A stretch of DNA of 64,000 bases from Leptolyngbyaceae cyanobacterium (GTDB lineage: Bacteria; Cyanobacteriota; Cyanobacteriia; Phormidesmidales; Phormidesmidaceae), in NCBI GenBank assembly GCA_965263355.1, contig CBDHHL010000056.1, positions 320,001-384,000 of the forward strand, written 5' to 3'. The notes below the pieces were generated by a model, which was not told the DNA's origin, ran no database searches, and saw nothing but the letters and a program-made list of their open reading frames with translations. The position numbers and the translations under genes are program-made. Positions within the stretch are counted from its first letter, which is position 1, and each line of letters begins with the position of its first letter. Below are positions 27,567 through 38,381 of this stretch, piece after piece.

Positions 27567-28694
27567 TTAGTTTGAAGGTTCAAACCTAAAGGGAGGCAGA
27601 ATCAACGTTTCTCCATTGGGTGAACTAATTGCTACTGTAAACTGTTCATCTAAGGTGCCAAATGCTTGGGTATACAAATAGGTAGTCATTGCATCATGGC
27701 TAACATCGCGTCTGGACAATACAGTATTCTCATCACTCACCTGCAGTTCTGTACCCACCGGCAACCGTTGATCATCCACTGGCCCCAACAACATAAATAA
27801 GCTCCATTCCTTCGTATCAGGCAATGCCCAAACCAGGCTATACACCTGACAGGTCATGTCACCCACTGTTACAGGCCCATAAGCTCCAGTTGCGTCGGTA
27901 GGAATCTCCACACCTCGATTGTTTAGCCCTTCAACAATTTTAGACAGTTTCTCGATGGGGGTATCAGTCTTTCCCATAGTCCGAAACCCATAACTTGGAC
28001 TCAACACCGGAACCAATTGCCAGGTCAGCTCATCCGCCACCGCATCCAACTGTCCCTGCAGCCATTTGCCTGTATTAATCACACGCGCCGCTGCTGATTT
28101 AATTGAGCTAGCAATAGTTTTTCCATCCTCCACTACAGTTGGTATAATCGCCTCTGGCTGTAAACAGCTCAGATATAACAACAACTTTTCAGGAGATACC
28201 GTAAACTGACTAACCGGCACTCCATAATTCTTAGCTTCCGGCTGTAAGTTTTGTTCAATATATTTTTTTAGCTGATCATGGCGTAGCCCTGCCGCCACAA
28301 GCACCTGATCGACTTCCTCATGGACCTCCACCAACACATACAAGTGAGCTTTATCCTGACCCTGCACCGCCGTTGCCGGAATCATCATCGGGTCATCTTG
28401 AAGTACCCCCATGGGCAAAATGCATAGTCGGAAATCTCCCACCTGGAGATTAGCATTGATGCCCGGTGCAATATCCTGAGCATAGGTAATTGGCAACTGA
28501 TTATTACTTTGGTTTAACCATTGTTCAAAACCAGCAATGGCTAAGGCCCTTAAAAAACTATGCCATTGTTCATCTGTGTCGGTGATATCGCGACAAACGC
28601 TCTGAGCCCATTGGGTAGACCTATCAGTTAACATAATCGTTTCTGTTGCTACAGGGATAAAGTCGTCGAAAGGCTGTGACAGTGGAGTAATCAT
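27567..28694 (-). CDS. DUF1822 family protein
   Basis: QWHSFLRALAIAGFEQWL, LQVGDFRLCI, AHLYVLVEVHEE, INTGKWLQGQLD, YLYTQAFG...LPPF; likely start ATG 28694 rather than 28802. Confidence 0.8.
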   Translation of the reverse strand: MITPLSQPFDDFIPVATETIMLTDRSTQWAQSVCRDITDTDEQWHSFLRALAIAGFEQWLNQSNNQLPITYAQDIAPGINANLQVGDFRLCILPMGVLQDDPMMIPATAVQGQDKAHLYVLVEVHEEVDQVLVAAGLRHDQLKKYIEQNLQPEAKNYGVPVSQFTVSPEKLLLYLSCLQPEAIIPTVVEDGKTIASSIKSAAARVINTGKWLQGQLDAVADELTWQLVPVLSPSYGFRTMGKTDTPIEKLSKIVEGLNNRGVEIPTDATGAYGPVTVGDMTCQVYSLVWALPDTKEWSLFMLLGPVDDQRLPVGTELQVSDENTVLSRRDVSHDAMTTYLYTQAFGTLDEQFTVAISSPNGETLILPPFRFEPSN

Positions 28695-28743
28695 GATGTA
28701 AAACTTAGCCGAAACAATACAGAGATAGGAGCATGGGTCGCGC

Positions 28744-30084
28744 CTAATCAGGTGGCATGGGCATGGGGGGCACAACTGCACAGAGTCGGCGGGCAAAAAC
28801 ACTATTTGCTGTGCGATTTCTCGGTATCTTTGCTTCTGACTCGGCTTCTTCCATCACCGTTTCCGTTTCTGCCCTCAAAATCTTACCTAACTCGCTCGCA
28901 ATGGCCTCTAGTTCATTAGCTGTGAGATGTTCCAGAGCTTTATCTTCTACCTTTTTCTTTAATTGATTTAACCAGTAGATACATATCTCAGTGCGAAACA
29001 TTTTAAGCTTTAGCAAACGGGTCACCTTAACCTGTCCCCCTTTCAAATTAAGGATTTTAGCAATCTCTCCCATGGAATGTCCCTCACAGTGAAACAATTC
29101 CAGTGCCTGACGGTAGACCCGCCCCTGGGCCAGTTTGCGCGTTTGGTATTGGGCCGTGTAATTCTCGACTGTCGCTTGAATCGCCTCACTAAGAGTATCG
29201 AGAAAATCCTGACGGTACTTTACTAAGAATGCGCTTTGGGTTTCTTCCATATCATCGGGTATGGGGGCTACTGGCTCAGTATATTCATTGGCATCTATCG
29301 ATTGACTAGGGGGCGGGCCGCCCCGCGCAGCAATACGGGACTGACGCAGCTTTTCTGCCAAATCATAGAGCTGGGAGAGAACCACATTAGGAGGCTGACT
29401 GGGGGCAATGCGCTGCAATTGCTCATCGGTGGGAGTGGTGCAACGCTGCCCTCGGCTGGCTTGCTGATTAATGCGGTCCATTCGATAGACCCGATGATAG
29501 GCCTTGAGTAACCGTTCAGCAATAGCCAATTCTGACTGGCTTAGATGAGGTAAAAACCTGGGCAGCTGATACAGCTTTGTATCATTCAAAATGGCCCAAG
29601 CTGTAACCCGATAAAGCCCATGCTCAAGCAAAAATTGATTAAGGTCCGGATGGGTTTTGGACAGACGCCCCGCCCAGGTAGTGAGGGCAGAACGCTTTGG
29701 ATCGTAGCTGGCCAAAATTTCCATGGCAAATGACTGATAGGTAGCGGGTAATGCACCATCATCGTTAAGTACCATTGGCCACAGCTCAGATGCCTGGAAG
29801 CCATAGCTAGTGCCAAAGCTTTGGGCCAGCTGGGTACAGGTGTAGATAATGCAATGGGACAGCCAACAGCGTAAACATAGCTGAGCCATGGGAGCATTGT
29901 CCGGATCTGTTTGGTAAATGCGCCATAGACTATCTTGACAGGTACGATCTGATATCTTGTTAGCTGCAATATCATCCTCAAAGTGAGCTTTAAACCACTG
30001 TTGAGCCTGGGGGTAATTTTGATGCCGTAATTGGCCCGCTGCAGTCAGGACAATCATTTGCCAATAGCGAGAGGGGGTTGCCAT
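28744..30084 (-). CDS. sigma-70-like/HetZ-like DNA-binding protein (typical DUF1822 partner)
   Basis: AQLCLRCWLSH, ILASYDPKRSALTTWA (region-2-like), ALELFHCEGHSMGEIAKILNLKGGQVKVTRLL (region-4-like HTH). Confidence 0.6.
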   Translation of the reverse strand: MATPSRYWQMIVLTAAGQLRHQNYPQAQQWFKAHFEDDIAANKISDRTCQDSLWRIYQTDPDNAPMAQLCLRCWLSHCIIYTCTQLAQSFGTSYGFQASELWPMVLNDDGALPATYQSFAMEILASYDPKRSALTTWAGRLSKTHPDLNQFLLEHGLYRVTAWAILNDTKLYQLPRFLPHLSQSELAIAERLLKAYHRVYRMDRINQQASRGQRCTTPTDEQLQRIAPSQPPNVVLSQLYDLAEKLRQSRIAARGGPPPSQSIDANEYTEPVAPIPDDMEETQSAFLVKYRQDFLDTLSEAIQATVENYTAQYQTRKLAQGRVYRQALELFHCEGHSMGEIAKILNLKGGQVKVTRLLKLKMFRTEICIYWLNQLKKKVEDKALEHLTANELEAIASELGKILRAETETVMEEAESEAKIPRNRTANSVFARRLCAVVPPMPMPPD

Positions 30085-30259
30085 GATGGTTGGATGCGAA
30101 CAGTGCCCTGGGGGATAGTCTAGGAAATAATATCCTCATAGGCTAGGGGCCTTAACCTGTCATCAATGGGTAGCACTGAACTATGGAGACTTATTCACTC
30201 TAAAGATCGCTAATCTTCTATCAAAATGAATATATTTCAATATCACAGGTAGAGAATAT

Positions 30260-30288
30260 AAAAAAACCCTGCCTGAAGAGCAAGGGCT
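30260..30288 (-). terminator. intrinsic terminator after the PEP-CTERM gene
   Basis: Minus strand AGCCCTTGCTCTTCAGGCAGGG followed by a T-run. Confidence 0.6.
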
Positions 30289-30358
30289 AACATACCTGAA
30301 TTGTGTATGGCTCAACTGTCGAAATAACTTTGATGAAATAATTCCGATGCAGATATGA

Positions 30359-31111
30359 TTAACTTTCCGAAGAGGAACTTATGACGGGAAGTTGAGCGCA
30401 AGATGACAAACCTAATAACCCAAGCACTATTACGCCTACTATGATGGATGGCTCAGGAACACTGGGGATAGCATTAGGAGCAGATGCAATACTAACGTTG
30501 TCAATGCCAGCATTAAAAAAGAACTGATTATCGACTTGCCGGAATGCTAACCGCACAGATTCACCAGCCCAAGGCGTTAGGTCAAACGTTAAACTGTTCC
30601 AGTCTGTCGCTGGGGCGGCGTCAGCGACAGGGGGTAAAATGTTGGCCAATACACCTGTAGATGAATCAAGGCCAAACCAATCGTCAAAACCGGTCGAGAC
30701 CAAGTCCACTCTCAAATGCTGGTTAGGAGCACCCGTATAGCTTAAATTGCCTGCATCAAAAAAGGTAGCGGCCCAGTCTTGGGCATACCAATCAAATGAC
30801 AACAAATGTGTTGCACCGGCTTCTAACGAAATATCTTGAAACAGTACCTGGGATGTGGGATCGTTTTGAGTAGTGTGGGCATAGCCTGAACCTTCACTGG
30901 GAGCTAAAATTGGCTGCCCGCCGATGGCGGCAGTTCCTCCATTTGTGTGCAACCAATTGCCACTGGCTCCTGGCTGATTGATAACGGTCCATCCGTCTAG
31001 GTCTGTATTAAAGCCACCATTGGTAATAGTGGCAGCTGTGGCTTTAAGAGTCAGCCCTAAGCTGCTTAAGAAAGCCACAGAGCCTAATACGGTCGCGAAT
31101 AAACGGGGCAT
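30359..31111 (-). CDS. PEP-CTERM exosortase-sorted surface protein
   Basis: Signal peptide ending ATAA, ITNGGF beta-sandwich domain, VPEPSIIVGVIVLGLLGL; likely start 31111 (GAGG RBS). Confidence 0.85.
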   Translation of the reverse strand: MPRLFATVLGSVAFLSSLGLTLKATAATITNGGFNTDLDGWTVINQPGASGNWLHTNGGTAAIGGQPILAPSEGSGYAHTTQNDPTSQVLFQDISLEAGATHLLSFDWYAQDWAATFFDAGNLSYTGAPNQHLRVDLVSTGFDDWFGLDSSTGVLANILPPVADAAPATDWNSLTFDLTPWAGESVRLAFRQVDNQFFFNAGIDNVSIASAPNAIPSVPEPSIIVGVIVLGLLGLSSCAQLPVISSSSES

Positions 31112-31278
31112 AAATTTATCCTCATAGAGGGTTGTTGTTACGGGTATTTCTCGATACATATAGCTTATTCAGAAGATCATAGGCATCAGAGACTCTATTC
31201 AAAATTCTGACTTCTGTAGGCTCAATTACTCAAGATTATTTGACTTAACTATTACCTCACTGCTGGCTGAAACAACTT

Positions 31279-33591
31279 TCAATTTACGATTTCAATTGCG
31301 GTTGAAAATGCTGCTAACACACCTGTATCCCAAGCGCTTCGATCCCTACTGGTTGCTGTACTAACCGTTTGAATGGTGGCATCGTCCCCCCGTGATAGAC
31401 TATCCAAATCTCCCAGCAAATCATCTAACACCTCCAGAGCTTCATCACCGCGTGTACCAAATAAACCCCGGTTGTTTCCACCCAGCCCACGGCTTCGGGC
31501 AATGGATTGTAATCCCTTCAAAGTATTTCTCAATGGCTGTGTGCTCACCATTGTCAAAATTTCTAAAAAGCCTGTACCACTTACCTTAAATTTAATCCCA
31601 TCTTCCGGTCGAGGTACTATTAATGAGCTATTTTCATTAATCCGTGCCGCATCTTCTGGTAAGTCCCAATCACCAGGATAAAGGATAATTAAATTTCCTT
31701 GGCTATCGATGGCGACACAGCTCAGGTATAAGGCGCGGTTAGGATCGTGATTATCTATCCGAATTAAGATGCTTTCGTTGGTCTTAAATGCAGGGATATC
31801 TACTGATACCCGATTAAAGTCAGCGATCGCTGTGGCTGTTGTAATTGGGACCTTAACCTCTGGTTGTTCTGATGTAAAGATTTCACCAGAAATCTCTAAC
31901 CGAGAAGGTCCAGATGCTAACCCGCGTAAGATTTTTTCAGCCAGGAACAACTTGAGTTTTGATTGTAACCGTTCCACTGCCGCAGTCACAGACTCATTGA
32001 CAAAACCAAACGTATTCGTAACAGGAATCTCTTGTGGAGTAAATAACCCAAGGCTCCCCAACGGAGGTAATTTATCTGGCACAAGTACAGAACTCACGTC
32101 GCTCAACTTGGTTTGTTTGTTTGAGGTAAATTGCCCAAAGATATAATCCTTAGGTTTTACATCCGTCAGCAGATTTACCTCTAGCCGATTTATCCCTGTT
32201 TCAGTTGATAGTAGGACTGTTTCTAATGCGGCCTTTGCATCAGTAGACTGATCACCCAAGGCCGTATCCACGTGAACCTTCAGGGTCGGATTTGGCGGTA
32301 GTCCTAACACTTGTTCCCGTAATAAAATACCGGGCCCAATATCTCCAAGGTTACCTGCAATCAGGTTGCCATAGCCATATAGTCCATTACGACTAATCTT
32401 TTTCAATACCATGGGGTTTTCTGCATCGGCCATGAGAACTTGCCCATCTGGACGTACCAGCGTATATAAAGTCTCATCAGCCTCCATATTTTGGACAGAG
32501 GTACCGCCTAACCAAAATTCTATCTGCTCACCTGTGATATTGGTGATGACGGCTTCCGCAAAGGCGGGTAGAGGCTCTGAAAAATATAGGCCTGCGGTTT
32601 TATAGGTCTCCTTGGCATATTCAAAGACTGGTACCTGGGGGAGACCATGTTGACTGGCTGCAATTCGAGTGCTCCGTTGAAGGTTTATTTCTGTTCTGGT
32701 AACTACCTCACTAGCCGTTAGCTGCCATAAGTAGCGGGTGAGGAGATAAGTAAATGCGCCAGCATTGAAGCCTGGAAAGGCTCTATCTAAGGCTTCTTGT
32801 TCTCGACTGGCTGATCCCAGGGCAACGCCTTTGGCAATCCCTTGTTGCCGTTGTTTATGAAACTCTTCTTCAGATATCTTGAGATCAATGAGCAATGAAC
32901 GCTGCAACTCAAACTCTGCTTCACTGGCAAATAGGTTTACGCCCCAACGTCTCAAGCGTGATGTATCGGCTCGAACAGCTGAGCCACCCCGAGTGCTCGC
33001 ACCGGCATAACAGCTATCTAATACCATTGTGAGATTATCAGTATTAATAGACTTTGTTAATAAGAATAGACTTTGCCCCATAATGTCAGGCACAACAATG
33101 CCGTTATCTTGTTCTGCCAATGGTGTAGCATCCATAGGCACCAGGGTACCGTTGTAGCGAAAGCTCTCCCCTGGCTGAATTGGGTTTGGATCGATGACTT
33201 GAGACCCATGGCCAGAATAGTGAAAAACTACTACATCATCAGGCTTAGCTTTAGCAATTAAATGAGTCTGAAATGCTTGTAGAATATTTGCACGGGTAGG
33301 CTTTATCTCTGTATTATTGGTTAGCACCATGATGTCATTAGGATTAAAGCCAAAGCGATGGATTAAAAGCTCACGCTGTAGATACACATCATTGATGCAA
33401 CCTTGGAGGGACGTCAAAGGGGATGGGTAGCTATTAATGCCGATTAGCAAGGCCAGCTTACGGGGGGTACTTTGGGCTAGCGCTTTGCCGTAGCGATCGC
33501 ACTGGCTTAAAAAGTCCGTTTGGCTCAGACCAATAGATGCCAGTGTGGACCCAGCAAGTTGCAAAAAATGACGACGCTTAAACTGAGACAT
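31279..33591 (-). CDS. caspase-like peptidase C14 (ortho/metacaspase) with Tat signal and C-terminal DUF4384-like domain
   Basis: KRRHFL Tat motif; KLALLIGIN.Y, LQGCINDV, FHYSGHGS and LDSCYAG (His-Cys dyad intact). Confidence 0.9.
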   Translation of the reverse strand: MSQFKRRHFLQLAGSTLASIGLSQTDFLSQCDRYGKALAQSTPRKLALLIGINSYPSPLTSLQGCINDVYLQRELLIHRFGFNPNDIMVLTNNTEIKPTRANILQAFQTHLIAKAKPDDVVVFHYSGHGSQVIDPNPIQPGESFRYNGTLVPMDATPLAEQDNGIVVPDIMGQSLFLLTKSINTDNLTMVLDSCYAGASTRGGSAVRADTSRLRRWGVNLFASEAEFELQRSLLIDLKISEEEFHKQRQQGIAKGVALGSASREQEALDRAFPGFNAGAFTYLLTRYLWQLTASEVVTRTEINLQRSTRIAASQHGLPQVPVFEYAKETYKTAGLYFSEPLPAFAEAVITNITGEQIEFWLGGTSVQNMEADETLYTLVRPDGQVLMADAENPMVLKKISRNGLYGYGNLIAGNLGDIGPGILLREQVLGLPPNPTLKVHVDTALGDQSTDAKAALETVLLSTETGINRLEVNLLTDVKPKDYIFGQFTSNKQTKLSDVSSVLVPDKLPPLGSLGLFTPQEIPVTNTFGFVNESVTAAVERLQSKLKLFLAEKILRGLASGPSRLEISGEIFTSEQPEVKVPITTATAIADFNRVSVDIPAFKTNESILIRIDNHDPNRALYLSCVAIDSQGNLIILYPGDWDLPEDAARINENSSLIVPRPEDGIKFKVSGTGFLEILTMVSTQPLRNTLKGLQSIARSRGLGGNNRGLFGTRGDEALEVLDDLLGDLDSLSRGDDATIQTVSTATSRDRSAWDTGVLAAFSTAIEIVN

Positions 33592-33766
33592 ATAGGGGGC
33601 ACTTCAACGCTTTATACATCCTCGCTATTCCTGAATCATTTAGACTGATTCATTCAAATATTTTAAGAAATAGGCGAGCATTAATGCCTGGTCACTGCAT
33701 CGGCTAATGAATAAGCTAGCGTTGCCAGTGAGAAATAGTGGAGGAACCCTTTGGAGTTGCGAAGCA

Positions 33767-34192
33767 ATGAAAACGAATACGTTAAATACCTGGTTTCTTC
33801 CCCCTGTAACGACTAAGGCTGAAGCAAGAAGTGCCGCTTATCAAGGCTTTTGGGCAGCTGTTATTGTTACTGCTATTACAGTTTTATTTGTCATTATTAT
33901 GCTGGCTGCTGGTCCTATTGAGGATGTACCCATTGATGCCTGGGCATTTATCGATGCTGGAATTTTTGCGGCCATTGCAATTTACATTCGTAAATTGTCA
34001 CGAATAGCTGCAGTCTGTGGCTTGGTCATGTATTGGCTAGAGCGGATTTATATGTGGTCCGTTACTGGTTTTGGCCCCAATGAGGTAAGCAGTATATGGA
34101 TGATTGTGTTGTTAACCGTGGCCTTTATTAACGGTGTTCGTGGCACATTTGCCTACCATCGATTGGCCAAACGTTTGGAAGTGGATAATTAA
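33767..34192 (+). CDS. small multi-pass membrane protein
   Basis: Four hydrophobic segments; likely start ATG 33767. Confidence 0.7.
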   Translation: MKTNTLNTWFLPPVTTKAEARSAAYQGFWAAVIVTAITVLFVIIMLAAGPIEDVPIDAWAFIDAGIFAAIAIYIRKLSRIAAVCGLVMYWLERIYMWSVTGFGPNEVSSIWMIVLLTVAFINGVRGTFAYHRLAKRLEVDN

Positions 34193-34300
34193 TGTCAGAA
34201 CACATCACCATGCTTGGCAATGCTATAGCATTGCACTACAGTACTTGATTGGAGCGCATTACACAGTGTTCCTCTCGGCAGCGTATAGTGTAGAGAAGTA

Positions 34301-37000
34301 ATGCTGCTGTATGCCATGACTGTACGTGTATTGGCGTTAACTGTCCTACTAACGGTATTGCCGCCGCTAAATGTGTTGCCAAGCTGGTTAAACGGCCCGT
34401 CTGCTGTCTGGCTAGCAGAGGTATCGACCGCTGGCGAAGCTGAGGCCAATCGTCTACGAGATCGCGGTGTTAGCTCATTTCAGACAGGACAATGGCAGGC
34501 AGCCATTGATGATTGGCAAGAGGCTTTAACGCTATACCAGCAATTGGGAAATGAGAGTAGTGCCTCTAAGCTATTGATCAATATCGGTTTGGCCTACCGC
34601 AGACAAGATAACTATTCTGAGGCCCTGTATTATTTTGAACAGGCCCTGGAGCTAAAGCAATCTCTCAATGACCAAGATGGTCAAGCCGCTGCGTTGACCC
34701 ATATTGGTGTGGTGTATGACCTGTTAAGCCAATATAGTTTGGCATTGCAGTTTCATCAGCAGGGATTAGACATTGCCCGACGCATTGGTAGTCCTATGCG
34801 AGAGTTTAGGGCGTTAGGAAATCTAGGGATAGTCTACAAAAAACTGGGGAACTACGAGGCTGCCCTTGATGCCTATGGGCAAAGTCTGTTGCTGGCCCGT
34901 GAGTTTGGTGATTTGCCTAATGAGGCCAGAGTGTTAAACAACATTGGCCAGGTGCAACGTCAGTTAGGCAGTTACGATCAGGCCCTGACAAATTTTGAAC
35001 AGAGTTTAGGACTGAAGCAGCGTTTAGAGGATCAGCAAGGAGAAGCCACGACCCTGGTCAATATAGGCATTGTCTATGCGCTACAGGGACACTCTCAACA
35101 AGCCCTGGACTACTATCAAAAAAGTCTCGATTTATCGCAGCAAATTAACTTTTCTGTGGGTAAACTGAGGGCACTCAACAACCTGGGTGAACTGTATCAA
35201 CAGCAGGGCAACTATGATACAGCATTGGCTTATTATCAACGTAGCTTTGCGATCGCAACCCAGCTAAACAATCGTCCAGCCCAGGCAACGATCCTCAGTA
35301 ATCTTGGTTGGTTATATCAGGCTCACCAACAGCCCGCTATGGCTATTCTCTTTTTTAAGCAGGCCGTTAACCAATACGAGGCGATTCGCACCGACAATCA
35401 GTCCCTAACCTCAGAGCTACAGATATCCTATGTTCGCACGATTGCCGATACCTATCGACAACTGGCGGATTTACTCCTACGACAAAATCGGGTACTTGAA
35501 GCACAGCGAGTTTTGGATCTGCTAAAGGTGCAGGAGGTCCAAGACTACCTGAAAAATGTACGCGGTAATGCGAATACCGCCAGTGGGATTGAGTTTTACC
35601 AGGCTGAACAAGAAATTCTCAAGCAGTATGAACAGCTTCAACAGTCAGCCATTGCCATCGGTCAAGAGATTAGCCAGCTAGAAGAAAAAGACTTTGCCGG
35701 ACAAGCAACAGCGGCAGACCAACAGCGATTAAATCAGCTAGTTGACATTCAAGACCAGTTATTTACCCAGTTTAATACGTTTACCCGCAGTGACGAGGTT
35801 AAAACGCTGCTACAGCAGATCGCCCTGGATGAGGGTACCTTCTCGATTACGGAAATTACTAGCCTGAGTAATAATCTAGAGCAGCTGGATGCTGTTTTAA
35901 TCTATCCATTAGTACTAGATGATCGGATTGAACTGATTATTATGACCGCCGATTCAGCCCCCTTACGACGTACGGTCGAAAATGTGGGTCGAGTTGAGTT
36001 AAATGATGCGATCGCATCATTTCGAACTGCGTTACAACAGCCGACACGGGATGCAAAAGAGCCTGCCTATCAGCTGTATCGCTGGCTGATTGAGCCCTTA
36101 GAAAAGGATTTACTCACGGCGAATGTGCAAACTATCCTTTATGCCCCAGATGGCCCCCTGCGGTATGTGCCGTTAGCCGCACTATACGATTCAGCCAACG
36201 CTGACGATGGCCAATGGTTAGCAGAACGCTTTCAGATTAACAATATTACCGCCACATCATTACAAGACCTGAATTCCCAACCATCGGCTGAACCTCGAAT
36301 TTTGGCAGCGGCCTTTGCCGATGAAACCATTACCCATACAGTTCCTGTGGGGGACACAACCTTTAAATTCTCCGGCTTACCCTTTGCTGGCATAGAAGTC
36401 TCTATATTGGCCCGTACCCTGACCAATATTCAAACCTATATCGATAGCGAATTTAGTCTCGCGTCACTTCGGTCCAGGCTAAACACCTTTAATATTCTGC
36501 ACTTTGCCACCCATGCATCCTTAGTGCCCAAGGACGCAGGCGAATCGTTTATTCTATTTGGTAATGGTGATCGTCCGACTATTCGAGATATTGAAAACTG
36601 GAAGCTATCGAGAGTTGAGCTGGTCGTGCTAAGTGCCTGTGAGACTGGCTTGGGTGGATTTGACAACAATGGAGAACAGGTACTGGGTTTGGGCTATCAA
36701 TTTCAACAACAAGGAGCCCGCTCGGTTGTCGCCTCACTTTGGCAGGTAGATGATGGCGGCACTCAGGCCTTGATGAATGCGTTTTACTTGGCCCTTAATG
36801 AAGGCTATTCTAAAACAGAAGCCCTGCAAAAAGCACAGCTGGCACTGATTAAAGATGACCTATCTATCATTACAGGAGACCCTAGATCTGCCACTATCGA
36901 TTTTGTTGACACGATTACGGGTAACCCCATTAGACTGCAGGCGAGCCCTGATCACCCATACTACTGGGCACCGTTTATTTTGATTGGCAATGGTCTTTAA
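34301..37000 (+). CDS. TPR-CHAT protease
   Basis: About 8 TPRs (ALNNLG..Y...G.Y..AL); CHAT motifs PDGPLRYVPLAAL, ILHFATH, LVVLSACETG, VVASLWQVDD, HPYYWAPFILIGN. Confidence 0.95.
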   Translation: MLLYAMTVRVLALTVLLTVLPPLNVLPSWLNGPSAVWLAEVSTAGEAEANRLRDRGVSSFQTGQWQAAIDDWQEALTLYQQLGNESSASKLLINIGLAYRRQDNYSEALYYFEQALELKQSLNDQDGQAAALTHIGVVYDLLSQYSLALQFHQQGLDIARRIGSPMREFRALGNLGIVYKKLGNYEAALDAYGQSLLLAREFGDLPNEARVLNNIGQVQRQLGSYDQALTNFEQSLGLKQRLEDQQGEATTLVNIGIVYALQGHSQQALDYYQKSLDLSQQINFSVGKLRALNNLGELYQQQGNYDTALAYYQRSFAIATQLNNRPAQATILSNLGWLYQAHQQPAMAILFFKQAVNQYEAIRTDNQSLTSELQISYVRTIADTYRQLADLLLRQNRVLEAQRVLDLLKVQEVQDYLKNVRGNANTASGIEFYQAEQEILKQYEQLQQSAIAIGQEISQLEEKDFAGQATAADQQRLNQLVDIQDQLFTQFNTFTRSDEVKTLLQQIALDEGTFSITEITSLSNNLEQLDAVLIYPLVLDDRIELIIMTADSAPLRRTVENVGRVELNDAIASFRTALQQPTRDAKEPAYQLYRWLIEPLEKDLLTANVQTILYAPDGPLRYVPLAALYDSANADDGQWLAERFQINNITATSLQDLNSQPSAEPRILAAAFADETITHTVPVGDTTFKFSGLPFAGIEVSILARTLTNIQTYIDSEFSLASLRSRLNTFNILHFATHASLVPKDAGESFILFGNGDRPTIRDIENWKLSRVELVVLSACETGLGGFDNNGEQVLGLGYQFQQQGARSVVASLWQVDDGGTQALMNAFYLALNEGYSKTEALQKAQLALIKDDLSIITGDPRSATIDFVDTITGNPIRLQASPDHPYYWAPFILIGNGL

Positions 37001-37158
37001 GGAAAGAATACTCTGGTAAGTGTCTTATCTAAGGGCTCTCTAAAAATTAAGCCCATGGTTTTAGTTAGGTAATTATAGTCAAAGAGACTGGTTAGGAAAC
37101 GTAGCGTAGAATGTTGGTGGGATGTTTCAAAACTATAAGCTCACCCAAATACATCTTG

Positions 37159-38294
37159 ATGATCAACTGCTTTGCGACCGTAGCCCGTGGCCTGGAAGAA
37201 TTGGCCGCTCAAGAACTCCAACAGCTTGGCGCAGAAGGCGTAGAGCCGGGATTCTGTGGAGTAGGTTTTCGGTGCGATCGCACCCATCTCTACAAAATCA
37301 ACCTCTGGGCCAGACTCCCCTTTCGCATCCTGGTCACCATGGCCCATGTACCCTGTCGCGACGGCGACACCCTTTATCGCGGCATTCAAAGCCTCGACTG
37401 GGACCCCTACCTATCCCCAGACCACACCCTGGCGGTTAAAGCCACCGGTAAAAATCAGCACCTCAACCACAGTCACTTTACCGCTCTGCAGGTCAAAAAC
37501 GCCATCGTTGACCAACAGCAAGATCGCCATGGCGAACGCTCCGACATCGATACGGAACGGCCCGATGTGCAAGTCAATGTGCATATTAAAGATAACAACG
37601 CTACCGTTAGTTTAGACAGTTCGGGCAGTAGTCTACACCGCCGTGGATACCGTCCTGCCATGGGTACAGCCCCATTGAAAGAATCTCTTGCTGCCGCCCT
37701 GGTACAGCTCACAGACTGGTCTGGCGAGGTGGCATTTCTCGATCCCATGTGTGGTTCAGGCACATTACCGATTGAGGCGACATTACAGGCGTTAAATATT
37801 GCCCCTGGTTTATTTCGAGACGAAACAAGTCAGGGGTTTGGCTTTCAAACCTGGCCTGACTATGATGCTAACCTCTGGCAACAGTTAGTAGACGAGGCCC
37901 AAAAACAGCAGACATCTGAGCTAATGGTACCGGTGTGGGGTGCGATCTCGACCTGGACATTCTCACCGATGCCCGCACCAATGCAGACTACAGTGGCGTC
38001 GCAGAGCATATCGACTTTAACTACACCGATTTTGCCAACATCGAGCCCCCTGCCGACAGTGGCATTCTCATCTGTAACCCACCCTATGGGGAACGCCTTG
38101 GCCATACAGAAAACCTGGCCCCGTTTTATAAACAGATGGGCGACATTCTAAAACAGCGCTTTAAAGGCTGGACTGCCTATATTCTCAGTGGCAACAAAGC
38201 TCTAACTAAATCCATTGGCCTGCGCACCGCCAGAAAAATACCTGTCTATAATGGGTCGATTCCCTGTCAGTTTTTGAAATATGAGATGTACTAA
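37159..38294 (+). pseudogene. rlmL: THUMP-domain 23S rRNA m2G methyltransferase (RlmL-like), split by a 1-bp frameshift
   Basis: N-part has SLHRRGYR, APLKESLAAA, DPMCGSGT; C-part (GCDLD, NPPYGERL, YNGSIPC) is in another frame; junction at GGGG 37937-37940. Confidence 0.8.
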
Positions 38295-38381
38295 TCGTGA
38301 TGCGACTGCTACGGATGTTCGACGATGCCATAAGCCAGGGCAAAAGGACACGATAGGGACATGTTATGTTTCAACACCACT

